From: Euzebyales bacterium
GTDB lineage: Bacteria; Actinomycetota; Nitriliruptoria; Euzebyales; JAHELV01
Direction of reading: 5' to 3'
Assembly (NCBI GenBank): GCA_035461305.1
Contig: DATHVN010000157.1
Coordinates: 2,271-66,270 of the forward strand
Length of the DNA: 64,000 nt
Under the pieces are notes generated by a model. It did not search any database. It was not told where the DNA came from and saw only the letters and a list, made by a program, of their open reading frames with translations. Position numbers and translations under genes: made by a program. Position 1 is the first letter of the stretch, and each line of letters starts with the position of its first letter. Positions 20,284 through 30,174 of this stretch are shown in pieces.

Positions 20284-21329
20284 GACGGATCACCGGCGAC
20301 GTGGTGCTCAGCGGGCAGGTCACGCAGACGGGCCGCGGCCTGTTCCGCGGTGAGGTCGCGCTGCGCCTCGCCGAGCATCTCGAAGCCGACCATGAACTTG
20401 CGCACCGTCGCCGAGCGCAGCAGCGGCGGGTAGAAGTGCGCGTGCAGCTGCCAATGGCCGTCGTCGCCGCCCGCGCCGGGCGCGCCGTGCCAGCCCATCG
20501 AGTACGGGAACGGTACCTGGAACAGGTTGTCGTAGCGGACCAGCAGGCGGCGCAGGACGTCGGCGAGGGCGTCGCGCTCGACGTCGGACAGCTCGGGGAG
20601 CCGGCGCACGTGCCGGCGCGGCAGCAGCAGGATCTCGAACGGCCATACCGCCCAGAACGGCACCACCGCCATCCAGTGGTCGTTGTCGACCACGATCCGC
20701 TGGCCGTCGGCCGCTTCGCGTTCGCCATAGTGCACGAGCAGCGGTGCACCCAGCTCCGCATGCCAGTGACGTTGCTGGCGGTTCTCGACGGCGGCCCGCT
20801 GCGGCAGCCGTGTCAGCGCCCACAGCTGGCCGTGGGGGTGCGGGTTCGACGCGCCCATCTGCTCACCACTGTTCTCGAACAGCTGCACCCACGCGTACCG
20901 CCGCGACAGCTCGTCGGTCTGGTCGACCCACACGTCTACGACCGCGCGGATCTGCGTGGTACGCATCCGCGCCAGCGTCAGATCGTGCCGCGGGTGGAAG
21001 CACAGCACCCGGCACACCCCCGGCTGGCCCTCGGCGTGCAGCAGCGGCGACGCCGACCACACGTCGTCGGACGTGTCGGGTCGCAGCGACGGGAAGTCGT
21101 TGTCGAACACGAACGTGCCGTCGTAGCCGGGGTTGCGCCTGCCACCCGCCCGTTCGTTGCCCGGGCACAGGTAGCAGTAGGAATCGTACGCCGGCCGGCG
21201 CTCGGGTGGGCCGCCGTCGGTCGCGCCCCGCCAGGGCCGCGTGGTCCGGTCCGGCGACACCAGCACCCACGCGTCGGTCAGCGGGTCGTACCGGCGGTGC
21301 GGACCATCGAATGACTCCACCGGCGTCAC
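20280..21329 (-). CDS. galT: Galactose-1-phosphate uridylyltransferase
   Basis: CYLCPGNER zinc site and the active site SNPHPHGQLWA. There is a 4-bp overlap with galK. Confidence 0.95.
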   Translation of the reverse strand: MTPVESFDGPHRRYDPLTDAWVLVSPDRTTRPWRGATDGGPPERRPAYDSYCYLCPGNERAGGRRNPGYDGTFVFDNDFPSLRPDTSDDVWSASPLLHAEGQPGVCRVLCFHPRHDLTLARMRTTQIRAVVDVWVDQTDELSRRYAWVQLFENSGEQMGASNPHPHGQLWALTRLPQRAAVENRQQRHWHAELGAPLLVHYGEREAADGQRIVVDNDHWMAVVPFWAVWPFEILLLPRRHVRRLPELSDVERDALADVLRRLLVRYDNLFQVPFPYSMGWHGAPGAGGDDGHWQLHAHFYPPLLRSATVRKFMVGFEMLGEAQRDLTAEQAAARLRDLPAEHHVAGDPS

Positions 21330-22822
21330 CCCGTCGTGGGCAGCATGACGGGCGGCTCTGCGGCGACCAGCCCGAAGTCAACCTCCCGCCCGCCGATGTC
21401 GTAACGGTACCGGCCCAGCCGTGTGACCTCGACGTCCTCGGTGAGGTAGGCGGCCAGCGCGTCACGTTCGTGCCGGTCCAGCGTCGCGGGGACGTCCGAG
21501 GTCGCGCGGAACCGGCACACGCGCGTGAGGTCTGCGATCAGCGCCTTCTGCTCCTCGCTCAGCAGGCAGTAGCGGGTGCGGAAGTATGCGACATCCGGGT
21601 CGGTGCCGATCAGCGGCCGCAGCCACAACCGATGCACCGAGGTCGCGACCGCGTAGCGGGCCTGCGGCGCGGCGAGCCGGTGCAGGTACCGGGTGGCCTC
21701 CGTATTCTCCCACACCTCCGCGACGTCCGGACCCACGCGGAGGGCGTCGAACACCCCGAGCGACGGCACCACCGGCGCACCGCACGCCAGCAGCACCACC
21801 TCGTCACCCACCACACCGCGGAGCGCCCGGATCGCCTGTCGGTAGGCGACGTGCCGCTCCACGTCGGCGTGCCGGACACCAGGTAACGCACCCGCGTAGA
21901 CGAAATCCAGCTTGAGGTAGTCGAAGCCCCAGCCCACCACGGTCCGCAGCACCTCGGCCACGCGGGCCAGGGCGTCGGGGTGGGTGACGTCGAGCGCGTG
22001 GACACGGCCACCCCAGTTCCAGCCCGCCGACACCAGCGCCCCCGCGTCGTCGCGCAGCAGCCAGTCCGGATGGTCCCGGAGCAGCTGGGACCGTTCGTGC
22101 GCCAGGAACGGCGCCACCCACAGGCCGGGACGGAACCCCGCGGCGCGGATACGGTCCGCCAGCGCGCGCATCCCCGACGGGAACGCGTCGTTGGCCTCCC
22201 AGTCGCCGATCTGACGCTGCCAGCCGTCGTCGACCTGCACCACGTCGAACGGCAGCCCCTCGAGGTCGTCGACCACCTTGTGCAACGCCGGCTCGGTGAT
22301 GTCGCCGTAGAACGAGTACCACGAGCACCACACCCGCTGGTCGGGCAGATCGCGTGTCCCGACGACCCCGCCGAGCAGGCGCGCGTAGGCGGCGAACACC
22401 ACCTCTTCCGTGCCGTATGCCACGAACCACCTGTCAGTCGTGTCCGACCACGCCGTCAGTCCGTGATCGCCCAGCTCGACGCGCCCGCTGATGCCCAACG
22501 CGCCCACCAGCAGCACCCCGCCGACATCCTCGACCGCACCGACGACAGCACCGCCCTGCCGGGCCGCGGCAGCATGGACGGGGTCGTCCTCAAAGACCCA
22601 CAGATCACGCACCGGCACCGGCGCGACCGGCTCGTCGACTGCCAGCCACCGCGTCTGGCTCCACGACATCCACCCGTGCCGGTAGAAGCGCCGCGGGGGC
22701 GCCGGGAACCCGACCACGACCCTGTTGCCACGCAACACACGACCACCAGCGACCGGCTCCGGCTCCGACGCGGCAGTCGCCTGCACAGCGACGTCGCCCA
22801 GTCGCACCCGCACACGGTGCAT
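21326..22822 (-). CDS. Alpha-galactosidase (GH36-like)
   Basis: WCSWYSFYGDITE...FDVVQVDDGWQRQIGDW...GLWVAPF. There is a 4-bp overlap with galT. Confidence 0.85.
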   Translation of the reverse strand: MHRVRVRLGDVAVQATAASEPEPVAGGRVLRGNRVVVGFPAPPRRFYRHGWMSWSQTRWLAVDEPVAPVPVRDLWVFEDDPVHAAAARQGGAVVGAVEDVGGVLLVGALGISGRVELGDHGLTAWSDTTDRWFVAYGTEEVVFAAYARLLGGVVGTRDLPDQRVWCSWYSFYGDITEPALHKVVDDLEGLPFDVVQVDDGWQRQIGDWEANDAFPSGMRALADRIRAAGFRPGLWVAPFLAHERSQLLRDHPDWLLRDDAGALVSAGWNWGGRVHALDVTHPDALARVAEVLRTVVGWGFDYLKLDFVYAGALPGVRHADVERHVAYRQAIRALRGVVGDEVVLLACGAPVVPSLGVFDALRVGPDVAEVWENTEATRYLHRLAAPQARYAVATSVHRLWLRPLIGTDPDVAYFRTRYCLLSEEQKALIADLTRVCRFRATSDVPATLDRHERDALAAYLTEDVEVTRLGRYRYDIGGREVDFGLVAAEPPVMLPTTG

Positions 22823-23095
22823 CGCAGTCCTTCCTGATCACCGACGGCGGTCCATGCGCCCGTCGAGGCACCGACTGACAGGGTTACGGTGACCTTCCGT
22901 TCCGTTGTGGTTCCACAAGCCTCGCACACGTTGCGACGGTGACGATGGGGCGCCTCTCGGTCCTCCACTGCGCGGCCACGCTGGGTGCGTTCGACGCACG
23001 ATGCTGGTCCGGGGGGAGCCGTCCCCGCGCGGCGTCGGCGTCCGTCGATCGATGACGGATCGACATGCGGGCATCCGCTGACTCGGCCACGTCGT

Positions 23096-23884
23096 GTCTC
23101 CTGCCCCGCCGAGCAGCGCCGCAGGACGATCGTCGCGCTGGTGCGCTCCAAGCCGTTCGTGCGCGTCGCCGACCTGTCGCGCCAGTTCGGCGTGTCCGAG
23201 GTCACCATCGGCGCCGACCTCGAATCGCTCGACGCGGAGGGCCACATCCGTCGCGGGGGCGCCGTCGTCGTCCCGCAGCCACGCCATGAGGTCTCGTACC
23301 TGGAGTCGCTCGGCGAGCATGCCAGGGAGAAGGACGCGACCGGCGCGGTGGCGGCCGCCCTCGTGCTGCCCGGCGAGTCGGTCTTCATCGACGTCGCACC
23401 ACCGCCACCGCGCTGGCACGTGCGCTGTGATCTCGAGGACACCGTGCTGCTGACCAAGCCCTGCCCACCGCGCTGGAGCTCGAGGCCGCGATCCCCGCTT
23501 CACGGTCATCGTCATCGGCGTCACGCTCCGGCCCCTCCAGCACTCGCTGGTCGACCCGCCGGCGCCCGTGCTGCTGGCGCAGCTGCACGTCGACGCGGCC
23601 TTCATCGGGTGCACCGGGACCACGGCCACGGAGGGCATCACGAACATCAACCTCCCGGAGGCCGGGGTGAAGCGCCAGGTCGTGCAGGCGGCGCGACGGA
23701 CCATCGTCATCGCCGACGGCACGAAGGTCGGCTCCGTGTCGCTGGCGCCGGTCTGCCCGACCGACGCCATCGAGCTGCTGGTCGCCGGCTCGTCGGCGCC
23801 GACCGACGAGCTGGACCAGCTCGAGGCCGGGCGCCTGGCGGTCGACGTCGTCGAGCTCGCCGACCGGCCGACCAGCGGGGGTAG
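23096..23884 (+). pseudogene. DeoR-family regulator disrupted by at least four 1-nt frame changes
   Basis: The HTH is intact (RRRTIVALVRSKPFVRVADLSRQFGVSEVTIGADLESL). The sugar-binding domain can only be read by switching frames near 23396, 23428, 23457 and 23496: TTATALARAL / CDLEDTVLLT / ALPTALELEAAIP / RFTVIVIGVTLRP...LLAQLHVDAAFIGCTG. Confidence 0.65.
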
Positions 23885-23971
23885 TGCGCCCCACCTGCTT
23901 GCACCGCCACGCGCCGTCGTCGAGTCTGCTGCCGTGCAGGACCGGCCGCGATCAGCGCGCCGGAGGGAGCC

Positions 23972-25798
23972 GTGCCAAGGGGGCGCACCGATGCGGAGAT
24001 CCTTCTTCGTCTGCGGAGATCCTTGTTCGTCTGTTGTCTCGTGGTCGCGATGCTCGCGGCCCTCGTGCCCGTCGCCGCGGCGGCGCCGGGCGGGAGGGAC
24101 CGCGCGCCGCACAAGGATCCCGTCGCCACCGGCCGCGGCGGTGCGGTCTCGACCGTCGACCCCGTCGCGACCGAGGCGGGCCTGGAGGTGTTGCGCAACG
24201 GAGGCAACGCCGTGGATGCGGCGGTCGCCGCCGCAGCGACGCTGGGCGTGACCGAGCCGTACTCTGCCGGCATCGGCGGTGGCGGCTTCATGCTGATCCG
24301 CCTCGCCGAAACGGACGAGATCGTCGTCATCGACGGTCGCGAGGAGGGTCCCGACGACATCGGTTCGACGTCGACGTGTTCGCGCCGTACGCCAGTGATT
24401 TCTTCGACGCCGTCAACAGCGGTCTCTCAGTGGGCGTTCCCGGCACGCTCGCCACGTGGGTGGCGGCACTCGACCACTACGGGACGATCTCGCTGAAGCA
24501 GGCGCTGCGGCCCGGCATCAGGGCAGCACAGAATGGCTTCGTGGTCGACGAGACCTACGCCGAACAGACCGCCGGCAACCTCGAGCGGTTCCGGCAGATC
24601 ACGCCGACGGCCGAGACCTACCTCGTCGACGGCGAGGTGCCTCAGGTCGGCAGCCGGGTGCGCAACCGAGATCTGGCCCGGACCTACCGCGAGCTCTCGC
24701 GGCGCGGACCGGAGTGGCTCTACGGCGGCGACCTGGGCGAGGAGGTCGTCGACGCCGTCCAGAACCCGCCGACCGCCAACGAGACCCTCGAGGAGTGGCA
24801 GCCGGGCTACATGGACATCTGGGATCTGGCCAGCTACGAGGTGCAGTACCTCGCGCCGACCGAGGTCGACTTCCTCGGCTACCGGGTGTTCGGCATGCCG
24901 TCACCGTCGAGCGGCGGCATCACGGTCGGCGAGACGCTGAACATCATGGAGGACGGCACGTGGTCGGACCCGTCCGGCTTCTACCACCTGTTCCTCGAGG
25001 CGACGGCGCACGCCTTCGCCGACCGCAACGCCTACATCGGCGACGACCGGGTACGTCTATGTGCCGGAGGACGGCCTGCTGTCGGAGGAGTTCGCCTCCG
25101 AACGCTTCGCGCAGATCGACCCGACCAGCGCCAGCGTGAAGCCAGTGGCACCGGGAGATCCGTGCGACGAGGACGGCGGCACCAACTGCCTGCCCGATCC
25201 GAACGCCGTGGACGCGGCCGAGGGCGAGTCCACGACACACCTCGTGACGGCCGACCGCTGGGGCAACGTGGTCAGCTACACGTTGACCATCGAGCAGACG
25301 GGCGGTAGCGCGATCACCGTGCCCGACCGCGGGTTCCTGCTCAACAACGAGCTGACCGACTTCAACTTCACCGGTCCGAGCCCGAACCTGCCCGCGCCCG
25401 GCAAACGGCCACGGTCGAGCATGAGCCCGACCATCGTGCTCGACGACGGTGACCCGGTGCTGGCCGTCGGCACGCCCGGTGGATCGACGACCATCACGAC
25501 CGTCGCCCGGATCCTGGCCAACCGGCTGGGACGTGACATGCCGCTGCCCGAGGCGGTGGAGGAGCCCCGGGCGACGCAGCGCAACACACCGCAGGTGAGG
25601 CCCGAGCCGGCGTTCGTCGAGGCGTACGGCGCGGAGCTCGAAGCGCTCGGCCACGTGTTCGAGGACCCGCCGACCCAGGAGCTCGGCGCGGCAACGGCGA
25701 TCGAGCTGCTCGGCCCCGGCCGCTTCCTCGCCGTCGCCGAGGCGGTGCGGCGCGGTGGTGGTGACGCCGGCGTCGTCCGGCAGCATCGGGGACGCTGA
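23972..25798 (+). pseudogene. ggt: Gamma-glutamyltransferase with start-region duplication and two frameshifts
   Basis: GGT sequence is spread over ORFs 23972..24496, 23884..25308 and 25061..25798. Frame breaks lie near 24362 and 25048. The catalytic TTH (ESTTHLVTAD) and GGSTTIT motifs are present. Confidence 0.75.
23993..24032. repeat. 20-bp tandem duplication overlapping the last base of the native ggt ATG
   Basis: GCGGAGATCCTTCTTCGTCT (23993-24012) and GCGGAGATCCTTGTTCGTCT (24013-24032). Removing one copy restores ATG-CGG-AGA... = MRRSLFVCCLVVAMLAALVPVAAAAP. Confidence 0.85.
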
Positions 25799-25949
25799 GG
25801 ACGACAGCGTCACGACGGCCCGCCACGCACCGGGTGACGGGCCGTCCACGCCTTCGCGCCAAGCAGTCGGACACCGCGCGGTGTGGGACCCGCACCCACC
25901 TGCGTGGCCCGACAGCCACACATGGCCACAGGCGGGTAGCGTGCGTGCG

Positions 25950-27110
25950 ATGGCACGCACGAGGGACCAGCTGACGACCCGAGACCCCGACCTGACGAGC
26001 TCCTGGCCGCAGGTCTGCGGGTGGCGGCTGGCGCGCCAGCACGTCACCGCACTGGCCGCCGACGCGGTAGGGGTCGCGTCCCGGCTGTGCGGCGTGCAGG
26101 CCCAGGTCACGTCGTCGGCGCACTTCGCCGTCGGGGTGCGCTCACCAGCGACCGACGACGACGTCGACGCCGCACTGTGGACCGAGCGCACGCTGGTCCG
26201 CACGTGGGCGATGCGCGGGACACTGCACTGGCTGCCCGCCGCCGAGTACGGCCTGTGGATCGCAGCGTTGACCACCCGGCGGTGGCGGATCACGCCGTCA
26301 TGGGAGAAGTACCACGGCGTCACGGCCGCCGAGCTCGATGCGGTCACCAGGGCCATTCCCGAGGTGCTCGCAGGACGGCGGCTGACGCGCGAGGAGCTGG
26401 CCGACGGGCTCGCCGACGCGACCGGCCGGGCCCATCTCGCGGAGCAGCTGACGTCCGGCTGGGGCGCAGTGCTCAAGCCTGCGGCGAACCGCGGGCTGCT
26501 GTGCTTCGGTCCCGACCGGGACCGCAACATCACCTTCGTGCGTCCCGACGAGTGGCTCGGCGACACGGGCCCCGCACCGAAGCCGGAGGAGGCCATGCGG
26601 CTCGTGCTGCGGCGGTTCCTCGATGCCTACGGTCCGGCGACCCCCGGCGACATCGCGCGATGGTTCGGCGAGCGCGAGCCGTTCGGGCGGCAGCTGCTCG
26701 CACGCCACGCCGAGGAGCTGGCGGTCGTCCGCGTCGACGGCCACCGGGGCTGGATGACGCCCGAGGGCGCCACCGCGTTGGCGGAGCACGCCCCGGCAGA
26801 GGGCGTGGCGCTGCTCGGCGGGTTCGACCCATACGTGCTGGCCCCGATCAGCCATCGCGTCGCCATCGTCCCCGACGGTCGGCTCGACGAGGTGTCGCGC
26901 ACCGCCGGATGGATCTCGGCCGTTGTCCTGGTCGACGGGATGGTCGCGGGCACCTGGACCACCGAGGCCGACGGCGACGCGACCCGGCTCGTGATCTCGC
27001 CGTTCCGGGGGCTGACCGCCACCGAGCGGGCTGCGATCGACCAGCGTGTCGCGCAGCTCGCCGGACACGTGCTCCCCGCGGGAGCCCGGGCGACGGTCGC
27101 GCGCACCTGA
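25950..27110 (+). CDS. Winged-helix DUF1006 protein (YcaQ/AlkZ-family DNA glycosylase-like)
   Basis: Internal ATG 25950. LCGVQAQV (Q-x-Q), TLVRTWAMRGTLHW and GGFDPYVL are typical of the family. Confidence 0.75.
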   Translation: MARTRDQLTTRDPDLTSSWPQVCGWRLARQHVTALAADAVGVASRLCGVQAQVTSSAHFAVGVRSPATDDDVDAALWTERTLVRTWAMRGTLHWLPAAEYGLWIAALTTRRWRITPSWEKYHGVTAAELDAVTRAIPEVLAGRRLTREELADGLADATGRAHLAEQLTSGWGAVLKPAANRGLLCFGPDRDRNITFVRPDEWLGDTGPAPKPEEAMRLVLRRFLDAYGPATPGDIARWFGEREPFGRQLLARHAEELAVVRVDGHRGWMTPEGATALAEHAPAEGVALLGGFDPYVLAPISHRVAIVPDGRLDEVSRTAGWISAVVLVDGMVAGTWTTEADGDATRLVISPFRGLTATERAAIDQRVAQLAGHVLPAGARATVART

Positions 27111-27120
27111 CTCCCATCGG

Positions 27121-27209
27121 CGTGGCAACCCGCCACGGCATCCCGGCACCAGCCGCCACACACCCACGACCGTGGCAACCCACCACGGCATCCCGGCACC
27201 GGCTGCCAC
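27121..27209. repeat. 39-bp direct repeat x2 (50-bp period) upstream of tRNA-Sec
   Basis: CGTGGCAACCCGCCACGGCATCCCGGCACCAGCCGCCAC (27121-27159) and CGTGGCAACCCACCACGGCATCCCGGCACCGGCTGCCAC (27171-27209). They differ at 4 positions. Confidence 0.8.
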
Positions 27210-27244
27210 GCGGAACGCGTGTGGGCACCGGTAGGGTTGCGGGC

Positions 27245-27337
27245 GGAGGCGTCAGGATTCCTGGTGGGTCCCACGGTCTTCAAAACCGATGAACCGGCGC
27301 CAAGCCGGTTGGCGGGTTCGATTCCCGTTCGCCTCCG
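27245..27337 (+). tRNA. selC: tRNA-Sec (anticodon UCA)
   Basis: GGAGGCG...CGCCUCC acceptor (7 bp plus a U-U pair). 6-bp D-stem GGAUUC/GGGUCC. Anticodon loop CUUCAAA with UCA at 27280-27282. Long variable arm AACCGG-7 nt-CCGGUU. T arm GCGGG-UUCGAUU-CCCGU. Discriminator G; CCA is not encoded. Confidence 0.85.
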
Positions 27338-27448
27338 CGACGACCGCCGGACCGTCCCGGCAACCGCCTCGGAACGACCCGACGGTCCGGCCTGCGTCGC
27401 GGCGCGCGGGACGCACGGCTGCACCGCTCCCCAGCCCCGACCCAGGCG

Positions 27449-28486
27449 ATGACCACGGACCTGCTGCCCAAGGATGCCCTGCCGCTGCCCGTCGTCCTCA
27501 CGGCGGGCGCCGCCGTCGTGGTGATCACCGCCGGGCTGCTGTCGGCGCGCGCTGCGACCCGCCCCGACCTGCCAGCCACCCGCTGGCACCGTGACCTGCC
27601 GGCGGCGATGACGGCCACGCTCGACCGCCCCGGGACCCGCCGCGCCACCCGCCTGGTCGCCCTCGCCGGCGCCCTCGCCGGCCTGGTCGGACTGGCCGTG
27701 CACGACGGACCGGTCCAGGGCTCGACGGGTGTTGCGGTGCTCACCGCCGCGGCGCTGGTCGCCGGGCCGCTGGCCCGCATCGTCAACCCGGTGCGCCTGG
27801 CGTGCGGCCCGTCACGGGGCTCCTCGGCCGGCCCCGCGGCCCCCGGCTGGCCCGCCGTCGCCGTGCTCGCCGTGCTGTCGGTCGTCGCGCTGGCCGTCGA
27901 CGACGGACGGATGCTCGCCGCCGTGGGCGCCGGCCACCTGGCCCTGCAGGCCGCGCTGTGCCGTCTCCGTGGGCCGTCCTGGCCCGCCCGCGGTGACGGG
28001 CTCGAGGCCCTGGCCACCCTGATCGGTCGCGCGGCTCCGCTCGGCCGGCGCGCCGATGGCCACCTCGCGTGGCGCAACCCGGTCGTCAACGCCGCGCACG
28101 TCGTCCTTCCACGCCCCGCGCTGTGGCTGACCGCCGTCGTGGTCGGGCTCACCATCGCCGCGACCGCGTCCACGCTGGCCGTCCCGGTGTTCCTGACGGC
28201 GACGGCGACGGCCGGCGTGCTGCTGCGCGTCGGCCTCATACGTCCGTGGCTGTTCGGCGTCGTCGCACCGCTCGCGGCGGCGTACGGCCTGCTCGCGGGG
28301 GGCCGGTGGCTTCAGCCGGTGGACCTGATGGCCTTCGTGGCGCTGCACGCCGCGGCCACCGCCGTCCTGCACCGCCAGGCGATCGCCCGCCACGACCCGC
28401 GGACCGCCCGCGCCGTGCAGTTCCCTGCGCGCTGCGTCGTGGTGGTCTCGGTGCTGGCTGGCCTCGCCGTCCTCGCTTCCGCGTGA
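27449..28486 (+). CDS. Hypothetical polytopic membrane protein
   Basis: 345-aa Ala/Leu/Val-rich ORF with about 8 hydrophobic segments. No recognisable motif. Confidence 0.5.
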   Translation: MTTDLLPKDALPLPVVLTAGAAVVVITAGLLSARAATRPDLPATRWHRDLPAAMTATLDRPGTRRATRLVALAGALAGLVGLAVHDGPVQGSTGVAVLTAAALVAGPLARIVNPVRLACGPSRGSSAGPAAPGWPAVAVLAVLSVVALAVDDGRMLAAVGAGHLALQAALCRLRGPSWPARGDGLEALATLIGRAAPLGRRADGHLAWRNPVVNAAHVVLPRPALWLTAVVVGLTIAATASTLAVPVFLTATATAGVLLRVGLIRPWLFGVVAPLAAAYGLLAGGRWLQPVDLMAFVALHAAATAVLHRQAIARHDPRTARAVQFPARCVVVVSVLAGLAVLASA

Positions 28487-28503
28487 CCCGCTACGCTGCC
28501 CCC

Positions 28504-29808
28504 ATGCAGCAGCCCGAACGCCCCTATCCCGGCTACCTGGAACAGATCGCCGGCCGCATCAGGCGGGCGGACCCGCCGGCGCCGACCTCGGACTTCGACG
28601 GCGCGACCGCGTTGCACGACCGCATCGGCGCGCTGGTCGACGGGATGCGCGACACGCTGCTCGAGCTCTCGCACGACGTCCACGACCACCCCGAACTCGG
28701 GTTCGCCGAGCACGGCGCCGTCCGAGTGATCGCCGACACGCTGGCCGTGCACGGCGTCGAGGCCGAGGTGGGCGGCTGGGGCCTGGACACCGCGGTCCAC
28801 GCGACGACGGGCGTCGGTGCGCCGACCGTCGCCCTGATCGCCGAGTACGACGCGCTGCCCGACATCGGGCACGCGTGCGGGCACAACGTGATCTGCGCGA
28901 CCGCCGTCGGTGCGTTCCTCGCGTTGCACCAGGTCGCCGACGAGCTCGAGTGCACCGTCGAGCTGATCGGCACCCCGGCCGAGGAGGGCGGGGGTGGCAA
29001 GGAGTTGATCGCCCGTGCCGGCGGTTTCGATAACGTGACCGCGGCGCTCGCAGTGCACCCGTTCGGGATGGACGTCGCCGACCACCCGTGGCTCGGCGTC
29101 CGCCAGGTCGCCGTGACCTACCACGGCCTGACCGCCCATGCCGCGATGACGCCCTTCCTGGGCGTCAACGCCCTCGACGCCGCCGTGCTCGCCTACACGG
29201 GCGTCGCCCAGCTCCGCCAGCACATGCTGCCCAGCGACCGCGTGCACGGCATCATCACCGACGGCGGCCAGGCACCCAACGTCGTCCCGGACCGGGCGAC
29301 GGCCCACTTCTACATCCGCTCGGCCGAACCGGAGACGCTGGCGACGCTGACCGAACGGGTGCAGGCCATCCTCGAGTCGGCCGCCACCGCGACCGGCACC
29401 ACGGCTGAGCTCTCGTGGGATCCATGCCCTCCCTACCTGCCGGTTCGGAACAACCGTCCGCTTGCCGCGCGATACGCCGTCAACGTCGCCGATCGAGGCC
29501 GTCAGGTGCTGCCACGGGGCGTCGCCCCGACCTCGTTGACCGCATCGACGGACATGGGCAACATCAGTGTCAGGGTCCCGGCGATCCACCCCCTGCTGGC
29601 CGTCGCGCCACCGGAGGTGACCATCCACACGCCGGAGTTCGCCGAATGGGCAGCGTCGGACCGGGCGGACGAGGCGACGCTCGACGGCGCCATCGGTCTC
29701 GCGCGCACCGCCGCGGACATCTGCGCCGACGCGGATCTGCGCGCCGCGATGGTCGAGGACTTCGATGCCGAGGGCGGTGTCATCGACGTCCTCGGACTGC
29801 TGTCGTAG
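28504..29808 (+). CDS. M20-family amidohydrolase / peptidase
   Basis: Internal ATG 28504. HDHPELGFAEH, EYDALPDIGHACGHN and GTPAEEGGGGK are metal-ligand motifs. Confidence 0.85.
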   Translation: MQQPERPYPGYLEQIAGRIRRADPPAPTSDFDGATALHDRIGALVDGMRDTLLELSHDVHDHPELGFAEHGAVRVIADTLAVHGVEAEVGGWGLDTAVHATTGVGAPTVALIAEYDALPDIGHACGHNVICATAVGAFLALHQVADELECTVELIGTPAEEGGGGKELIARAGGFDNVTAALAVHPFGMDVADHPWLGVRQVAVTYHGLTAHAAMTPFLGVNALDAAVLAYTGVAQLRQHMLPSDRVHGIITDGGQAPNVVPDRATAHFYIRSAEPETLATLTERVQAILESAATATGTTAELSWDPCPPYLPVRNNRPLAARYAVNVADRGRQVLPRGVAPTSLTASTDMGNISVRVPAIHPLLAVAPPEVTIHTPEFAEWAASDRADEATLDGAIGLARTAADICADADLRAAMVEDFDAEGGVIDVLGLLS

Positions 29809-30174
29809 CTGGTCATCCGGAATTTCGCGTGCGCGATCGCCAATTTGCGGGCACAATGTTCGCCGCTGGCGCTTCCCCGCCTCGGCAGTCCGTGCTACTC
29901 GGAAGAGGCCCGGTCCACGACACTGTGCACGACCGGCCTCGCCGGACAGGAAGACCGCTGCAGTTCGAGCACGACGCTTGCCACACACGCCGAGCAACGG
30001 AAAACGATTGGTGCTGCACCTACCTGCACAGCCAAGGAGTTGTTCTACGATGACCGGCGTCGCTTGACCGCGCGAAACCGCAGACCTGACGGAGCCGCGC
30101 CACGGGCATGCACCCAGGGCTGACGGCTCGGGCAACGATGTTTCGAACGTCGAACCGCATCGGGGAGATCGCGC

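Noticed and set aside
27245-29808. A genomic island integrated at tRNA-Sec.
   Set aside because: There is no integrase or recombinase and no downstream direct repeat of the tRNA 3' end. I saw no obvious compositional shift by eye, and the flanking genes look like ordinary chromosomal genes.
29809-30174. A 365-bp non-coding gap upstream of the kinase as a possible sRNA or riboswitch.
   Set aside because: I found only weak imperfect hairpins and no motif matching a riboswitch class I can recognise. It cannot be supported without covariance-model search or RNA-seq.
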